Assembly (NCBI GenBank): GCA_965277715.1
Contig: OZ255836.1
Location: 2,848,001 to 2,912,000, forward strand
Direction of reading: 5' to 3'
Source of the DNA: Gammaproteobacteria bacterium
GTDB taxonomy: Bacteria; Pseudomonadota; Gammaproteobacteria; JBCCGL01
Length of the DNA: 64,000 nucleotides
Shown: positions 19,480-30,905 of the stretch, one piece after another
How positions within the stretch are numbered: the stretch's first letter is position 1
Layout: each line of letters begins with the position of its first letter
The notes under the pieces: generated by a model
Databases searched by the model: none
What the model was told of the DNA's origin: nothing
Seen by the model: only the letters and a program-made list of their open reading frames with translations
Translations under genes and position numbers: made by a program

Positions 19480-20181
19480 ATGCGCGCAATGATTTTGGCA
19501 GCAGGCCGGGGCGAGCGCCTGCGCCCACTGACTGATACAACACCTAAACCGCTGATCAGGCCAGGCCGTTGGCGTTTGATTGAATACCAGATCCTCGCGT
19601 TGAAAAAAGCCGGGGTTACGCAGATAGTGATTAACGTTTCGTGGTTGGCGGAACAGATCCGTGAGGTATTAAAAGATGGGGCGCAGTATGGGGTTGAAAT
19701 TACCTACAGCGATGAATCAGGCGCTGCGCTGGAAACGGCAGGGGGGATTATCAAGGCGCTGCCGTTGTTGGGTGATGCACCTTTTATTGTGTGCAATGCG
19801 GATGTGTGGACAGATTTTGATTACGCCGGGTTGCGGTTGCGTGAAGACCATTTGGCCCATCTGGTACTTGTGGAGAATCCCAGCCATCACCCCGAGGGGG
19901 ATTTTTTGTTGCGTGATAGGCAGCTTGTTGGGCGGGCGGCTGCTATGCCATTGATGGATGATTTGTCTGTTCAGACGTTGACGTTTAGTGGGATAGGTTT
20001 GTATCACCCAAAATTGTTTGCAGGCCTGGCGCAGGGTAAGCGTGCGCTGGCGCCCATTTTGTATGGTGCGGTAGAGAGCCATTTGGTGGCTAGCGAGGTA
20101 TTTAAAGGGGCTTGGCATGATGTGGGGACGCTTGCCCGGTTTGAATCGCTTAGGGGTTATTTGCACACTATCGAGTCATAG
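19480..20181 (+). CDS. murU: MurNAc-alpha-1-phosphate uridylyltransferase
   Basis: MRAMILAAGRGERLRPLTDTTPKPL, LETAGGI, NPSHHPEGDF. Confidence 0.88.
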   Translation: MRAMILAAGRGERLRPLTDTTPKPLIRPGRWRLIEYQILALKKAGVTQIVINVSWLAEQIREVLKDGAQYGVEITYSDESGAALETAGGIIKALPLLGDAPFIVCNADVWTDFDYAGLRLREDHLAHLVLVENPSHHPEGDFLLRDRQLVGRAAAMPLMDDLSVQTLTFSGIGLYHPKLFAGLAQGKRALAPILYGAVESHLVASEVFKGAWHDVGTLARFESLRGYLHTIES

Positions 20182-20296
20182 CAAGAACACCTTCATCCAG
20201 GCCTTCCCCGTTGCCGGGTACATAGGTCGATTGGTAAATGCTGGCTTGGCGGTACAGGTTTTTTTGGTATGCCTCGTAGGCCACTCTCCAGCTTCA

Positions 20297-22541
<2,245 letters not shown>

Positions 22542-22673
22542 TTAACATCAAGCGTTTCTTTAACACGGGTTTTGAACCAAAAAGAAAACCGCTGCCTCTA
22601 AGCATGGTGCAGACTCAAACTATTGAGAGTTCGCGCTTTTTTTCAATTCATAGCTGATTACGAGGAATTACAC

Positions 22674-23564
22674 ATGATAATAAATAAACTGGTGCTCTCG
22701 GCAGCACTGGCTGTCGCGATACCATCGGCCTCCATCGCCCAAACGATCACTATCAGAATCACCAACCTGACGCAGGGACAGCATTTTACGTCGCGCCTCG
22801 TGGTTGCGCACAATGATACTGTTGACCTCTTTCAGGCGGGTGTCGATGCCGCCAATACTGCCGCCACGCCACCATCGCCCAGAAATGGTACAAATACAGC
22901 GCCCAGGGCGCTGGCATGGCTTGCCGAAGCCGGTGTTCGTAACAACGCGGACAACACTAACTCAACGGGTAGTAATTTCGAATCACTTCTGGGTCCTGCA
23001 TTGACCAATAACGGCTCCAATCGCTGGCAGGGCTTCGGCGAGCTTCTAGCGCCAGCGACGACCTCGGGTAACTATACTTTTGACACAGGAGGCTTCCCCA
23101 GGCTTTCAGTACTCGCGATGTTAGTGCCAACCAATGATGCATTTCTGGGTCTCGATAGCATCACCATTCCGACGACCTCGGGTACTCACACCTTCAACGT
23201 AAACGCCTACGATGCAGGAACCGAACTTAACGATGAGTTGAACCCTGCCGCCAATGATGGCGCAAACGGTAGCACACGCACGGTCACTGAAGCGGGTACG
23301 GGTATTGCGCTAGGTGGTTACGCGGTGCCCGGCATGGCTGCACCTGCACCAACGCAAGCGAGTTTACAAACAAACTCTACTGCGACGGGCGTTGCTGCAC
23401 AGGTTGACTCCAGCAACCAAGTTGCCGACGGCACCGATGGCCCGGTACATATCCACCGCAACACGCTGGGTGACACCAATTCCACCGCAGGCGCTAGCGA
23501 TCTGGATTCCAGAGTGCACCGCTGGTTGAATCCCGTCGCCCGCATTACCATTGTCATTCCCTAG
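22674..23564 (+). CDS. Secreted Spondin_N domain protein
   Basis: Signal peptide; ITNLTQGQHF, MLVPTNDAFLGLD, YDAGTELNDE, WLNPVARITI. Confidence 0.8.
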   Translation: MIINKLVLSAALAVAIPSASIAQTITIRITNLTQGQHFTSRLVVAHNDTVDLFQAGVDAANTAATPPSPRNGTNTAPRALAWLAEAGVRNNADNTNSTGSNFESLLGPALTNNGSNRWQGFGELLAPATTSGNYTFDTGGFPRLSVLAMLVPTNDAFLGLDSITIPTTSGTHTFNVNAYDAGTELNDELNPAANDGANGSTRTVTEAGTGIALGGYAVPGMAAPAPTQASLQTNSTATGVAAQVDSSNQVADGTDGPVHIHRNTLGDTNSTAGASDLDSRVHRWLNPVARITIVIP

Positions 23565-23582
23565 ACGCTGGGGGGAGAAATC

Positions 23583-24332
23583 GTGAAAACTCAATTATAT
23601 AAATCAGGTGTGATGTCGCTACTGGCAATAGCTGTGATTGGCTGTGGTGGTAGTGGCAGTAGCAGTCCTAACGCGGCGAATTACTCCGTTCAAGTGACTA
23701 ACCTAACGCAGAACCAACCACTTTCACCACCAGCGATCATATTGCATAGGGCGGGATATAACGCATTCATCGATGGCGAGACGGCGAGTGTTGAATTGGA
23801 ACAACTAGCGGAAGGCGGAGATCCAGCCATGTTAATAGCGAGGGCGCAAAGTACATCGCAACACCTCGCTACCGTAGCTGGCAGTGCCGTTTCTCCACGC
23901 TCGATAGGCACTGCATCTACGCTGTCGGTAGCGCCAACCGCTGTTGATAATCTGCGTTTAACCGTAGTGACAATGCTGATCGATACCAATGATGCCTTCA
24001 CAGGTGTCAATGCAGTCAATATCAGTAATATGACCGTCGGCCAAAGCATGACGTTCTCTGCGCCCAGTTGGGATTCAGGGACGGAAGCCAACCTGGAAAC
24101 TGCAGCAACCATGCCTGGCCCGGTAGCAGTAGCGGCAGGCGGTGGTGGCGCAGCGGCAGGCTTTAATGCGATCCGCGATGATAGTGTTCCAAGAGTACGC
24201 TTTCACCAGGGTGTGGTTACTAACGCCAATGTCAATGACGCCAGTAGCGAAGGCTTGGCAACGTCAATACTGACTGAAAGGGAGCGTTGGGATAACCCCA
24301 CATCCCGCATCGTGATTACGAGGACGCAGTAG
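23583..24332 (+). CDS. Spondin_N domain lipoprotein
   Basis: Lipobox VIGC; VTNLTQNQPLSP, LAEGGD, MLIDTNDAFTG, WDSGTEAN. Confidence 0.8.
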   Translation: MKTQLYKSGVMSLLAIAVIGCGGSGSSSPNAANYSVQVTNLTQNQPLSPPAIILHRAGYNAFIDGETASVELEQLAEGGDPAMLIARAQSTSQHLATVAGSAVSPRSIGTASTLSVAPTAVDNLRLTVVTMLIDTNDAFTGVNAVNISNMTVGQSMTFSAPSWDSGTEANLETAATMPGPVAVAAGGGGAAAGFNAIRDDSVPRVRFHQGVVTNANVNDASSEGLATSILTERERWDNPTSRIVITRTQ

Positions 24333-24354
24333 TAAAAAAGTAGATGCTTAGTTT

Positions 24355-24383
24355 AAGGCGCCTTTTTTAAGGCGCCTTTTTTT
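24355..24383 (+). terminator. Rho-independent terminator
   Basis: AAGGCGCCTT-TTTT-AAGGCGCCTT followed by a T-run. Confidence 0.75.
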
Positions 24384-24475
24384 CAATGATAAAGAGTGAA
24401 AATATTTGATATGGCTATTAGCTCGGAATAGCTCTTGGGGAGTACTATTAAATCTACACTTAATTTTCGTTATTT

Positions 24476-24583
24476 TCAGCCTGCCTCGCTTCTTCTTATA
24501 TACTCATACCGAATATCGCTTTCAAGCTCTCTGGCCAGATATCCCTCTTCACTAATACTCTCTGATTTTTTGGCAATGGCCAT
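24476..24583 (-). pseudogene. N-terminal fragment of a Uma2-family endonuclease
   Basis: MAIAKKSESISEEGYLARELESDIRYEYI resembles the Uma2 N-terminus; stops after 35 aa. Confidence 0.5.
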
Positions 24584-24851
24584 AGCTCATTTCTCTTGCA
24601 AATAAAAACAAAAGATAGACAGCTGTTAATTAACCGCTAATCCTACTCTCTATGTAGATACCATCTCCCTCCATATAAATACCGGTGGCTTCTCTCACTC
24701 CTTCCCAGCTCGGGAGAGGGGCTTTTAAGACACTCTTTATCGTGGTTTGCGCGCTGATTTGCGGTGTATTGAGCACGCGTGGCGCGATTCTTTCCAATAT
24801 TTTGTGTTGCAGAGGTATTCTCTGGAGAGAATACAACACAGGTTCTCCGGT

Positions 24852-25415
24852 TTAGGTTTTAGGGAGTGTTACCCCGGTTTGTCCCTGGTATTTGCCGCCA
24901 CGGTCGGCGTAAGAGGTTTCACACACCTCATCGGATTCAAAAAACAACATCTGTGCTACCCCTTCATGCGCATAAATCTTTGCGGGTAGCGGCGTGGTAT
25001 TGGAAAATTCCAGGGTCACGTGCCCCTCCCATTCAGGCTCCAGTGGGGTAACGTTTACGATAATCCCACAGCGTGCGTACGTTGATTTGCCCAGACACAC
25101 GGTTAATACACTGCGTGGGATGCGCAGGTATTCCACGGTGCGAGCCAATGCAAAAGAGTTCGGCGGGATAATACACACATCCCCTTTAAAATCGACAAAG
25201 CTATCCGGGTCAAATGCCTTTGGGTCGACCACGGCGTGGTTGATATTGGTAAATATCTTGAATTCATCGGCGCAGCGCACATCGTAACCGTAGCTTGACG
25301 TACCGTAAGAGACGATTTTCTGTTCGCCAACGTAGCGCACCTGGCCGCTTTCGAAGGGTTCGATCATACCTTGATGCGCCATACGGCGAATCCAGTTATC
25401 AGATTTGATGGTCAT
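24852..25415 (-). CDS. dcd: dCTP deaminase
   Basis: [30 protein letters not shown]. Confidence 0.96.
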   Translation of the reverse strand: MTIKSDNWIRRMAHQGMIEPFESGQVRYVGEQKIVSYGTSSYGYDVRCADEFKIFTNINHAVVDPKAFDPDSFVDFKGDVCIIPPNSFALARTVEYLRIPRSVLTVCLGKSTYARCGIIVNVTPLEPEWEGHVTLEFSNTTPLPAKIYAHEGVAQMLFFESDEVCETSYADRGGKYQGQTGVTLPKT

Positions 25416-25500
25416 AAGGCCAAAGCAGTGAAGTTAAAGCGGGGATTTTACGGAGTGAGAGGAGGTAATACTACTTATATTGGTAGCTTGGAGTGGCGCG

Positions 25501-25532
25501 TAAAAAACGCCCGGTTCAGGCGGGCGTTTTTT
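25501..25532. terminator. Bidirectional Rho-independent terminator
   Basis: AAAAAACGCCCG...CGGGCGTTTTTT. Confidence 0.8.
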
Positions 25533-25548
25533 GATTTAACGTTGAAAA

Positions 25549-26160
25549 TCAAAAGCGATAAATTACGCCGATATTAAGTGAATCTACAGTAACTCCGACA
25601 ATTGACGAATCAAACGAATTATCATTGAAGTATCGTATGTAATCTGCCGATAAAGACAATGAGTTGTTAAAGTCGTATTCAAAGCCAAAACCATACCCTA
25701 TATCATCATCACTATCAGTGCCATTTTCAGTCAAACTTGTGTCGCTACTATTACTACGTACTAATTCAAAATCAGAAAAACCAATGAGTCCATATAATTT
25801 AAAATCATCCGTTATAGGTAGATTACCTTTTACATAGAGAAAAATGATATTCGTATCAAGGTCTATATTAGCGCTTTGGTTGGTAGTAGCAGTTATGGTC
25901 GAATTTTGGGTTTCGTCTGATGTCAATGTTCGATTAAGCTCAATGCCAAAATCAAGATAATCATTAATAGAAAGTCCGCCACGAAAATAAGCATTTACTG
26001 TATTGGCGTCACCAAATACCATAGTCTCGGTGCCAGAATTTATGTCAGTAATATCTGTAGATACATATCCACCGCCGCCACCAATAAACCAACGCACATC
26101 AGCCTGCGTTATCGATAAAGGTAGAATGCTTAGCGCGATGATAAAAAAAAATTTCTTCAT
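25549..26160 (-). CDS. OmpA-like 8-stranded outer membrane beta-barrel protein
   Basis: Signal peptide, GYGFGFEYDF, C-terminal IGVIYRF; AT-rich. Confidence 0.8.
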   Translation of the reverse strand: MKKFFFIIALSILPLSITQADVRWFIGGGGGYVSTDITDINSGTETMVFGDANTVNAYFRGGLSINDYLDFGIELNRTLTSDETQNSTITATTNQSANIDLDTNIIFLYVKGNLPITDDFKLYGLIGFSDFELVRSNSSDTSLTENGTDSDDDIGYGFGFEYDFNNSLSLSADYIRYFNDNSFDSSIVGVTVDSLNIGVIYRF

Positions 26161-26406
26161 TCGGTTTTTCTCCTGAAAATCCGTAGTGTTTAAACAAACA
26201 CAGGGCGTGTTTTAAAAAAAGGGTCTGTAGCTAGTCCACAGACCTTTAACATTAAGTGAAAACCTACAAAGTTTCAATAGCCTATATGGCTTCTATCAGA
26301 TAGTTAAGAGCAATGGTTTATTTGCCAGCAGCATTGCTCAAGTTTGTTGTTATTGGGTTTATCTACTCTGCGCTTGAAGGCATGCGTATCCCGGTTTTTT
26401 CATTTA

Positions 26407-27492
26407 TCAGGAATTCTGTATCACTATATTGGGGAAGCTCGCGCTGTAGTCTTTTGCCTGCATCGCCAGTTTGGCTGACATTTTACGAGCAATGGCGCCA
26501 TAGGCGGCGGCGATCTGGCCATCGGGGTTGGAAACCACAGAGGGTTTGCCGCTGTCTGCGTGTTCGCGGATGGTGATATCGAGCGGCAGTGAACCAAGAA
26601 AATCGACACTGTGTTGTTCGGCCATTGACGCCCCACCGCCCGCACCAAAAATATGCTCTTCGTGGCCACACTGGCTACAAATATGCGTGCTCATATTTTC
26701 CACTATGCCGAGTATAGGCACTTCGACTTTCTCAAACATCTTTAAGCCTTTGCGCGCATCCAGTAGGGCAATGTCCTGGGGTGTAGTAACGATAACGGCA
26801 CCGCTGACCGGGATTTTTTGCGCCAGTGTCAGTTGGGTGTCGCCAGTGCCAGGGGGCAGGTCGATAATCAAATAATCCAGCCCGCGCCATTGTGTGTCGT
26901 TGAGTAGTTGCTCCAGTGCCTGGGTGACCATTGGGCCGCGCCAGATCATCGGTGTTTCCTCATCGATCAAAAAGCCAATAGACATGGCCTGTAAACCGTA
27001 GTTTTCCATTGGTTCCAGGCTGTTGCCGTCCTGCGATTCCGGTTTACCGCTAATACCGAGCATACGCGGTTGACTGGGGCCATAGATATCGGCATCGAGA
27101 ATGCCAACTATCGCCCCCTCGGCGGATAAAGCCAGTGCCAGGTTGACAGAGGTCGTCGATTTTCCTACGCCACCTTTGCCCGAGGCAACGGCGATAATAT
27201 TCTTGATATTGTTCATCCGCTTCACGCCTTTTTGTACTGAGTGCGAGGTGATTTTGGATGTGACGATAACACTGGCCTGCTCAACGCCCTCGACGCTGGC
27301 GACCAGCGTTTGCAACTCACCCGCCAGTGATGCGTGAATCGACTTGGCAGGAAAGCCCAGTTCAACCTGGATGTTCACTGTGCCGCCATTAATATCGATG
27401 GCCTTAACGCATTTGGCACTGACTAAGTCAGTACCGAGATTAGGTTCAGTAAAGGTACCGAGTGCGGCCTGGATGTTTTCTTTGTTGGTCAT
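26407..27492 (-). CDS. apbC: Fe-S cluster carrier ApbC/Mrp
   Basis: ASGKGGVGKST, DADIYGPS, DLPPGTGD, CSQC. Confidence 0.95.
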   Translation of the reverse strand: MTNKENIQAALGTFTEPNLGTDLVSAKCVKAIDINGGTVNIQVELGFPAKSIHASLAGELQTLVASVEGVEQASVIVTSKITSHSVQKGVKRMNNIKNIIAVASGKGGVGKSTTSVNLALALSAEGAIVGILDADIYGPSQPRMLGISGKPESQDGNSLEPMENYGLQAMSIGFLIDEETPMIWRGPMVTQALEQLLNDTQWRGLDYLIIDLPPGTGDTQLTLAQKIPVSGAVIVTTPQDIALLDARKGLKMFEKVEVPILGIVENMSTHICSQCGHEEHIFGAGGGASMAEQHSVDFLGSLPLDITIREHADSGKPSVVSNPDGQIAAAYGAIARKMSAKLAMQAKDYSASFPNIVIQNS

Positions 27493-27671
27493 AACCTGAA
27501 AAAGCCTCGTGGTAACGCCTACCGCCGCACAGGCAAGGCACGGCGATTGGTGATGGTTTTAAAACCTCGGAATAATACACTAATTTACTCAGGTATAGAC
27601 CTGCTACCTATACATCAACGCTGCCAGGCTCTAAACTTCCCGCTCAGTTCAACTCCATCAGGAACCCATTA

Positions 27672-29690
27672 ATGGCAAGTGCCGCCCGCAAAATCCTCGT
27701 TACCAGCGCCCTTCCTTACGCCAATGGTTCAATCCATCTCGGTCATATGTTGGAATATATCCAAACGGATATTTGGGTACGTTTTCAGCGCATGCGCGGG
27801 CACGACTGCACCTGGGTGTGGGCGGATGATGCCCACGGTACGCCGATTATGCTAAAAGCACAGGCCGATGGTGTTTCTCCACAGGCGCTGATCGATGCAG
27901 TAAAAATCGAGCACGAATCGGACTTCGTCGATTTCCAACTCAGCTTTGATAATTTTCACACCACCCACTCGGATGAAAACCGCGAAATTGCCGAACTGAT
28001 TTATACCCGCCTGAATGCCGCCGGTCACATCACCCGACGCACAGTGCGCCAGGCGTATGATGAGCAGGCGGGCATGTTCCTGCCGGATCGTTTTGTGCGC
28101 GGCACCTGCCCCGTGTGTGGTCTGCAAGACCAAAATGGTGACTCGTGCGATAACGGCCATACCTATTCGCCGCTGGAGGTGAAAGATGCCGTTTCGGTAA
28201 TTTCTGGTGAGCCACCTGTAGCGCGTGATTCAGAGCACTACTTTTTCAAACTCGGCGATTTTGAGGCGATGCTGAAAAACTGGACGGGCAGTGGTCAGCT
28301 ACAACCTGAAATAGCCAACAAGTTACAAGAGTGGTTTACCGCCGGTTTGCAGGATTGGGATATATCCCGCGACGCCCCTTATTGGGGGTTTGAAATTCCC
28401 GGGGCGCCGGGCAAATACTTTTATGTCTGGCTGGACGCGCCCATCGGCTACATGGCCAGCCACAAAAACCTGTGCGACCGCACCGGGCAGAATTTTGATG
28501 ACTACTGGAAACCGGATTCCGATGCCGAGCTGTACCATTTTATCGGCAAGGACATCGCCTATTTCCATACCCTGTTCTGGCCCGCCACGCTGGAAGGTGC
28601 GGGGTTTCGCAAACCCACGGCTGTGTTTTGCCATGGTTTTTTGACCGTTGACGGCGCTAAAATGTCGAAATCGCGTGGCACGTTTATCAAGGCACGCACC
28701 TACCTCAACCACCTCAACCCCGAATATCTGCGCTACTATTTCGCGGCCAAGCTCAACGCGCACGTCGAAGATATCGATTTGAACCTGGAAGACTTTGTGG
28801 CACGCGTCAACTCAGACCTGGTGGGTAAACTGGTGAATATCGCCAGCCGTTGCCAGGGGTTTATCAACAGCCGCTTCACCGGGAAGCTGGCCACTGCACT
28901 CCCCGAGCCTGCAATGTACAGTGAATTTGTCGATGCGGGCGATAGCATTGCCGCATTTTACGAGCGTCGTGAATTCAGCAAAGCCATACGCGAGGTTATG
29001 GCGCTCGCCGATCGCGCCAACCAATATATCGCCGAGCAGGCGCCGTGGGTGCTGGCGAAGCAGGCAGACAGGCAAGGCGATGTGCAGGCTATCTGCTCGC
29101 AGGGTTTGAACCTGTTTCGCGTGTTGGTGGCTTATTTAAAGCCTGTGCTACCCGCGCTCGCCAAAAATGCCGAGGAGTTTTTAAATACCGATGATGTACA
29201 GTGGCATGATGTGCACACCCCCTTGCTCAATCACACTATCAAGAAATTCCAGCCACTTGCTCAGCGGATTGACGCTAAAACCATCACCGCCATTATCGAA
29301 GACTCAAAAGAAGACCTGAACGCAACGCAGCCCGCCAGTGGCCCCTTGGCCGGGCCACCCATCGCCCCCGAAATTAGCTTTGACGACTTCGCCAGGCTCG
29401 ATTTGCGTGTGGCAAAAATTGCCCGCTGTGAGCACGTTGAAGGTTCAGACAAATTACTGTGCTTAACGCTGGATCTCGGCAGCGAAACCCGCACCGTATT
29501 TTCCGGTATTCGTGCGGCGTATAAACCGGAGGATCTGGAAGGCAAGCTCACCATTATGGTTGCTAATCTGAAGCCGCGAAAAATGCGTTTTGGGGTTTCA
29601 GAGGGAATGGTGTTGTGCGCGGGCGATGATGACGATATTTATTTGCTGGGTGCAGACGATGGTGCACGGGCGGGAATGCGGGTGACATAA
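27672..29690 (+). CDS. metG: Methionyl-tRNA synthetase
   Basis: [18 protein letters not shown]-terminal tRNA-binding domain. Confidence 0.97.
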   Translation: MASAARKILVTSALPYANGSIHLGHMLEYIQTDIWVRFQRMRGHDCTWVWADDAHGTPIMLKAQADGVSPQALIDAVKIEHESDFVDFQLSFDNFHTTHSDENREIAELIYTRLNAAGHITRRTVRQAYDEQAGMFLPDRFVRGTCPVCGLQDQNGDSCDNGHTYSPLEVKDAVSVISGEPPVARDSEHYFFKLGDFEAMLKNWTGSGQLQPEIANKLQEWFTAGLQDWDISRDAPYWGFEIPGAPGKYFYVWLDAPIGYMASHKNLCDRTGQNFDDYWKPDSDAELYHFIGKDIAYFHTLFWPATLEGAGFRKPTAVFCHGFLTVDGAKMSKSRGTFIKARTYLNHLNPEYLRYYFAAKLNAHVEDIDLNLEDFVARVNSDLVGKLVNIASRCQGFINSRFTGKLATALPEPAMYSEFVDAGDSIAAFYERREFSKAIREVMALADRANQYIAEQAPWVLAKQADRQGDVQAICSQGLNLFRVLVAYLKPVLPALAKNAEEFLNTDDVQWHDVHTPLLNHTIKKFQPLAQRIDAKTITAIIEDSKEDLNATQPASGPLAGPPIAPEISFDDFARLDLRVAKIARCEHVEGSDKLLCLTLDLGSETRTVFSGIRAAYKPEDLEGKLTIMVANLKPRKMRFGVSEGMVLCAGDDDDIYLLGADDGARAGMRVT

Positions 29691-29748
29691 GCAGTCACCG
29701 GTTCACCCTTATAGGGGTGTCTTAAAAAGATCAATAAGCACAATACGC

Positions 29749-29775
29749 TAAAGTATCAAACCACCGTGCCGATAG
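29749..29775 (+). promoter_or_regulatory. Candidate sigma28 (FliA) promoter
   Basis: TAAAGTAT-N11-GCCGATAG versus consensus TAAAGTTT-N11-GCCGATAA. Confidence 0.6.
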
Positions 29776-29804
29776 TATAACTGTCGACGAGTGGTGGAAC
29801 GTTT

Positions 29805-30266
29805 GTGCTTAAAACACGTATTAGGTATGTAGGGTTTACGCTGATTGAACTGATGGTAATCGTGGCGATACTGGGCATCCTCGCTATGATTTCGATACCG
29901 GGTTTCAGCAGCATGATTTATCGCGGCAAGGTGGCGTCGACGGTTGCGGATATCGCCAAAATAGGCCAGGCGGTATTTGCGTATGAGATGAACACCGGCG
30001 CACTGCCCAATTCACTGACAGAACTCAGCAATATCCCCATTGAAGACCCCTGGGGAAATGGCTATCAGTACATCAATTTTGCCCTGGTCAAGGGGAAAGG
30101 GAAACAGCGAAAAGACCGGAATCTGGTGCCTATCAATACGCTATTTGATTTGTACAGCACAGGCGAAGACGGTTCTTCGGTATCCCCACTAACCGCTAAT
30201 GCAAGCCGCGATGATATCGTCTGGGCAAACGGTGGCCAGTTTATCGGTCTCGCTGTAGATTACTGA
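29805..30266 (+). CDS. GspG-like prepilin/pseudopilin
   Basis: GFTLIELMVIVAILGIL cleavage motif; DPWGNGYQY; FDLYSTGEDG...DDI. Confidence 0.85.
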   Translation: MLKTRIRYVGFTLIELMVIVAILGILAMISIPGFSSMIYRGKVASTVADIAKIGQAVFAYEMNTGALPNSLTELSNIPIEDPWGNGYQYINFALVKGKGKQRKDRNLVPINTLFDLYSTGEDGSSVSPLTANASRDDIVWANGGQFIGLAVDY

Positions 30267-30340
30267 TGTAACATTTTTTTCACATTGCCAGCCCATAAAT
30301 TTATCCACCATACTGTCAATGTGAAAATTTGGCACAGATA

Positions 30341-30730
30341 ATGGCAACCACATTACCCCGTATTACGGCGAGAATCGATCTCGATACACAGGGCTTGCTG
30401 GCCAAAGCCGCCGCTTTCTCTGGTGTATCCAGTATTAATTCATTTGTTCTAAATGCTGCAGTGGAAAAAGCCAGGCGGATTATTGAACGCGAGCAGGCTT
30501 TGGTGCTTAAACAACAGGATGCCACGTTGCTAGGGTTTGGCGAGTGGCTGTTAATCGATGCGCTGCATAAGCTTTTGTCTGCCAGTGAAACGGTGGCTTT
30601 TCCAGCAGTGATTGTTGATGCAAGGGATGGTGCAAAGCGTTTTTACGAGAAGTATGGTTTTACCGCCTTTCACTATGCAATAGATAGGCTGTTTATCACT
30701 GTTGCCGATATTCGTACAAGTTTTGGTTAG
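30341..30730 (+). pseudogene. In-frame fusion of a DUF1778 (TacA-type) antitoxin N-part and a GNAT (TacT-type) toxin C-part
   Basis: RITARID...AAAFSGVSSINSFVLNAAVEKA joined directly to GFGEWLLIDAL...VIVDA...FYEKYGF. Confidence 0.75.
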
Positions 30731-30834
30731 CCGGTACGCTATCGACGTTGAATGGATGGACTGTTAGTTTCAATAAATTCACTTCAGTGCCAACAGCGCA
30801 ACGTTGAGCCCGTCAATATAAGGTAGACAGTGTA

Positions 30835-30882
30835 CTAGACCCCATGTATTGACTTGCACACAAGACAATACATGATGTCCAG
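30835..30882. repeat. 48-bp palindromic element, copy 1
   Basis: CTAGACCCCATGTATTGACTTGCACACAAGACAATACATGATGTCCAG. Confidence 0.85.
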
Positions 30883-30905
30883 CCACGATGAAAAAGGTTT
30901 TTTTG

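Noticed and set aside
24690-24850. CCCCTCTCCC-type hairpin and possible DUF559 remnant
   Set aside because: Single degenerate copy with no convincing reading frame.
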